From contig JAGLYP010000002.1 of NCBI GenBank assembly GCA_023132155.1, positions 6,598 to 70,597 on the forward strand: a DNA stretch of 64,000 bases, read 5' to 3'. Of the stretch, positions 63,048-64,000 are shown piece after piece; positions within the stretch are counted from its first letter, which is position 1; each line of letters begins with the position of its first letter. A program made the position numbers and the translations under genes. The stretch is from Candidatus Parcubacteria bacterium (GTDB taxonomy: Bacteria; Patescibacteriota; Patescibacteriia; Patescibacteriales; UBA12075). Below the pieces are notes generated by a model that was not told the origin of the DNA, did not search any database, and saw only the letters and a list, made by a program, of their open reading frames with translations.

Positions 63048-64000
63048 ATGAATTTTCATAAATTAAAATCAACCTTAAGAGATTTGCAAGAGCCGAATTT
63101 TCGGTATAAGCAAATCGTAAGCGCCTTTTGCAAGAAAGGAGTTTTGGACTATTCGCAAATCAGCAATATTTCCAAAAAATTGGTAAAAGATTTAAAAGAA
63201 AGAATAAAGCCGCTTAGCTTTAGTGCTGAAAAAATTTATTCCGCAAACAACAATCTTTCCTTTAAAGCGCGATTAAAATTAAATGACGGTGAATTGATTG
63301 AAACGGTTTTTTTATCGCCCTTGCCGGGCGCTTGGTCTGCTTGCGTATCCAGCCAAGCCGGATGCAAGCTTGCTTGCAAATTTTGCGCCACGGGACAAAG
63401 CGGCTTTAAAAGAAATTTAAGCTCTGAAGAAATAACCGATCAGGTAGTTTTTTGGAAGCATTTTTCGCGCGAAAAAAAATTAAACGGCAATTTTTCAAAT
63501 ATAATTTTTATGGGCATGGGTGAACCGTTTATGAATTGGGATGAAGTTAAAAGCGCTATCAAACAATTAGTTGATCCTGAATTTTTCGGTTTTGGCTCCC
63601 GGCATATCTCGGTTTCTACGAGCGGAGTTGTTGACGGCATAAAAAAACTTGCCAATGATTTTCCGCAAGTAAACTTGGCAATTTCATTAATATTTCCCGA
63701 AGATAGTTTGCGCAGTGAGTATATGCCGATAAACCGCAAATTTAATCTTAAAAAATTGCAGTTAGCAATATCTTCTTATTTAAACAAAACTAATCGCAAA
63801 GTTTTTTTGGAGTATGTTATGTTAAAAGGTATTAATGATGATTTAAAACAGGCGGATAATTTGATTGATTTTATAAATACGATTGAAAACGGCAGGAAGC
63901 TGTTGCATGTGAATTTAATTCGTTATAATACAACTATGGTTGAATTTATTCCGTCTGATCTGGGCACGGTAAACAAATTTAAAAATCATTTACTAAGAAA
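63048..64000 (+). CDS. rlmN: 23S rRNA/tRNA (adenine-C2)-methyltransferase RlmN (radical SAM), C-terminus cut by window edge
   Basis: Manual translation gives MNFHKLKSTLRDLQEPNFRYKQIVSAF..., SSQAGCKLACKFCATGQ, MGMGEPFMNW and ISVSTSG. Absent from the ORF track because it runs off the window. Confidence 0.85.
   Translation, partial: MNFHKLKSTLRDLQEPNFRYKQIVSAFCKKGVLDYSQISNISKKLVKDLKERIKPLSFSAEKIYSANNNLSFKARLKLNDGELIETVFLSPLPGAWSACVSSQAGCKLACKFCATGQSGFKRNLSSEEITDQVVFWKHFSREKKLNGNFSNIIFMGMGEPFMNWDEVKSAIKQLVDPEFFGFGSRHISVSTSGVVDGIKKLANDFPQVNLAISLIFPEDSLRSEYMPINRKFNLKKLQLAISSYLNKTNRKVFLEYVMLKGINDDLKQADNLIDFINTIENGRKLLHVNLIRYNTTMVEFIPSDLGTVNKFKNHLLR

Noticed and set aside
1-64000. Alternative genetic code (UGA recoding, as in some CPR lineages such as Gracilibacteria/SR1).
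   Set aside because: Conserved genes (purL, rpsB, tsf, dnaX, mraY, murG, murC, miaA and miaB) translate full-length with standard stops and no in-frame TGA, so code 11 fits. The two ORFs missing from the track are explained by window edges, not by recoding.
1-64000. CRISPR array.
   Set aside because: The repeats present are isolated palindromes or inverted arms tens of kilobases apart. No series of direct repeats with regular spacer intervals was seen on either strand.

Overview
This is a 64-kb, AT-rich bacterial chromosomal segment (roughly one-third G+C by eye, not computed). It reads cleanly in the standard code 11. The gene content suggests a Candidate Phyla Radiation/Patescibacteria-type genome; this is inference. 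The supporting features are a DUF4012-like protein, a truncated TsaB, a short EF-Ts, many envelope glycosylation genes, and hairpin-filled spacers. The backbone genes, in order:
- purL and purM, split by an antisense foreign-looking gene.
- A glycan locus: O-antigen-ligase-like, GT2, radical SAM and GT4 genes.
- A block of four secreted or surface proteins, including a CHAP hydrolase and CBM/IPT proteins.
- GT4, tsaB-like, rpsB, tsf and a PSP1 gene.
- Membrane and lipid genes, DUF4012 and a VirD4/TraG-like ATPase.
- dnaX and tRNA-Gln(CTG).
- An AmmeMemoRadiSam pair.
- A dcw block, mraY-ftsW-murG-(mtaD)-murC.
- miaB, miaA, a Wzz-like gene and rlmN.

The accessory and unusual content:
1. An accessory region of about 10 kb lies directly downstream of tRNA-Gln. 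It holds a serine-recombinase stub, an ORC/Cdc6-like AAA+ ATPase and an AlwI-family type IIS-like endonuclease. It also holds two Dam-class methyltransferases, one fused to a RadC/JAB domain, and a frameshifted HTH gene. These are followed by compositionally foreign genes.
2. A family of elements has ends that are inverted copies of a hairpin-forming arm. One 481-bp copy carries a GIY-YIG nuclease ORF, and two miniature copies carry no ORF. Two copies have a decayed duplicate of the downstream gene's 5' end on their far side.
3. At least three families of long, near-perfect palindromes fill intergenic spacers. Some supply stop codons or C-terminal codons to flanking genes.
4. In-frame (7-nt)x4 tandem repeats sit inside both miaA and miaB.

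Two real genes at the window edges (1..1367 minus, and rlmN from 63048) are missing from the supplied ORF track because they run off the window. All family assignments rest on motifs recognised by eye; no searches were run.
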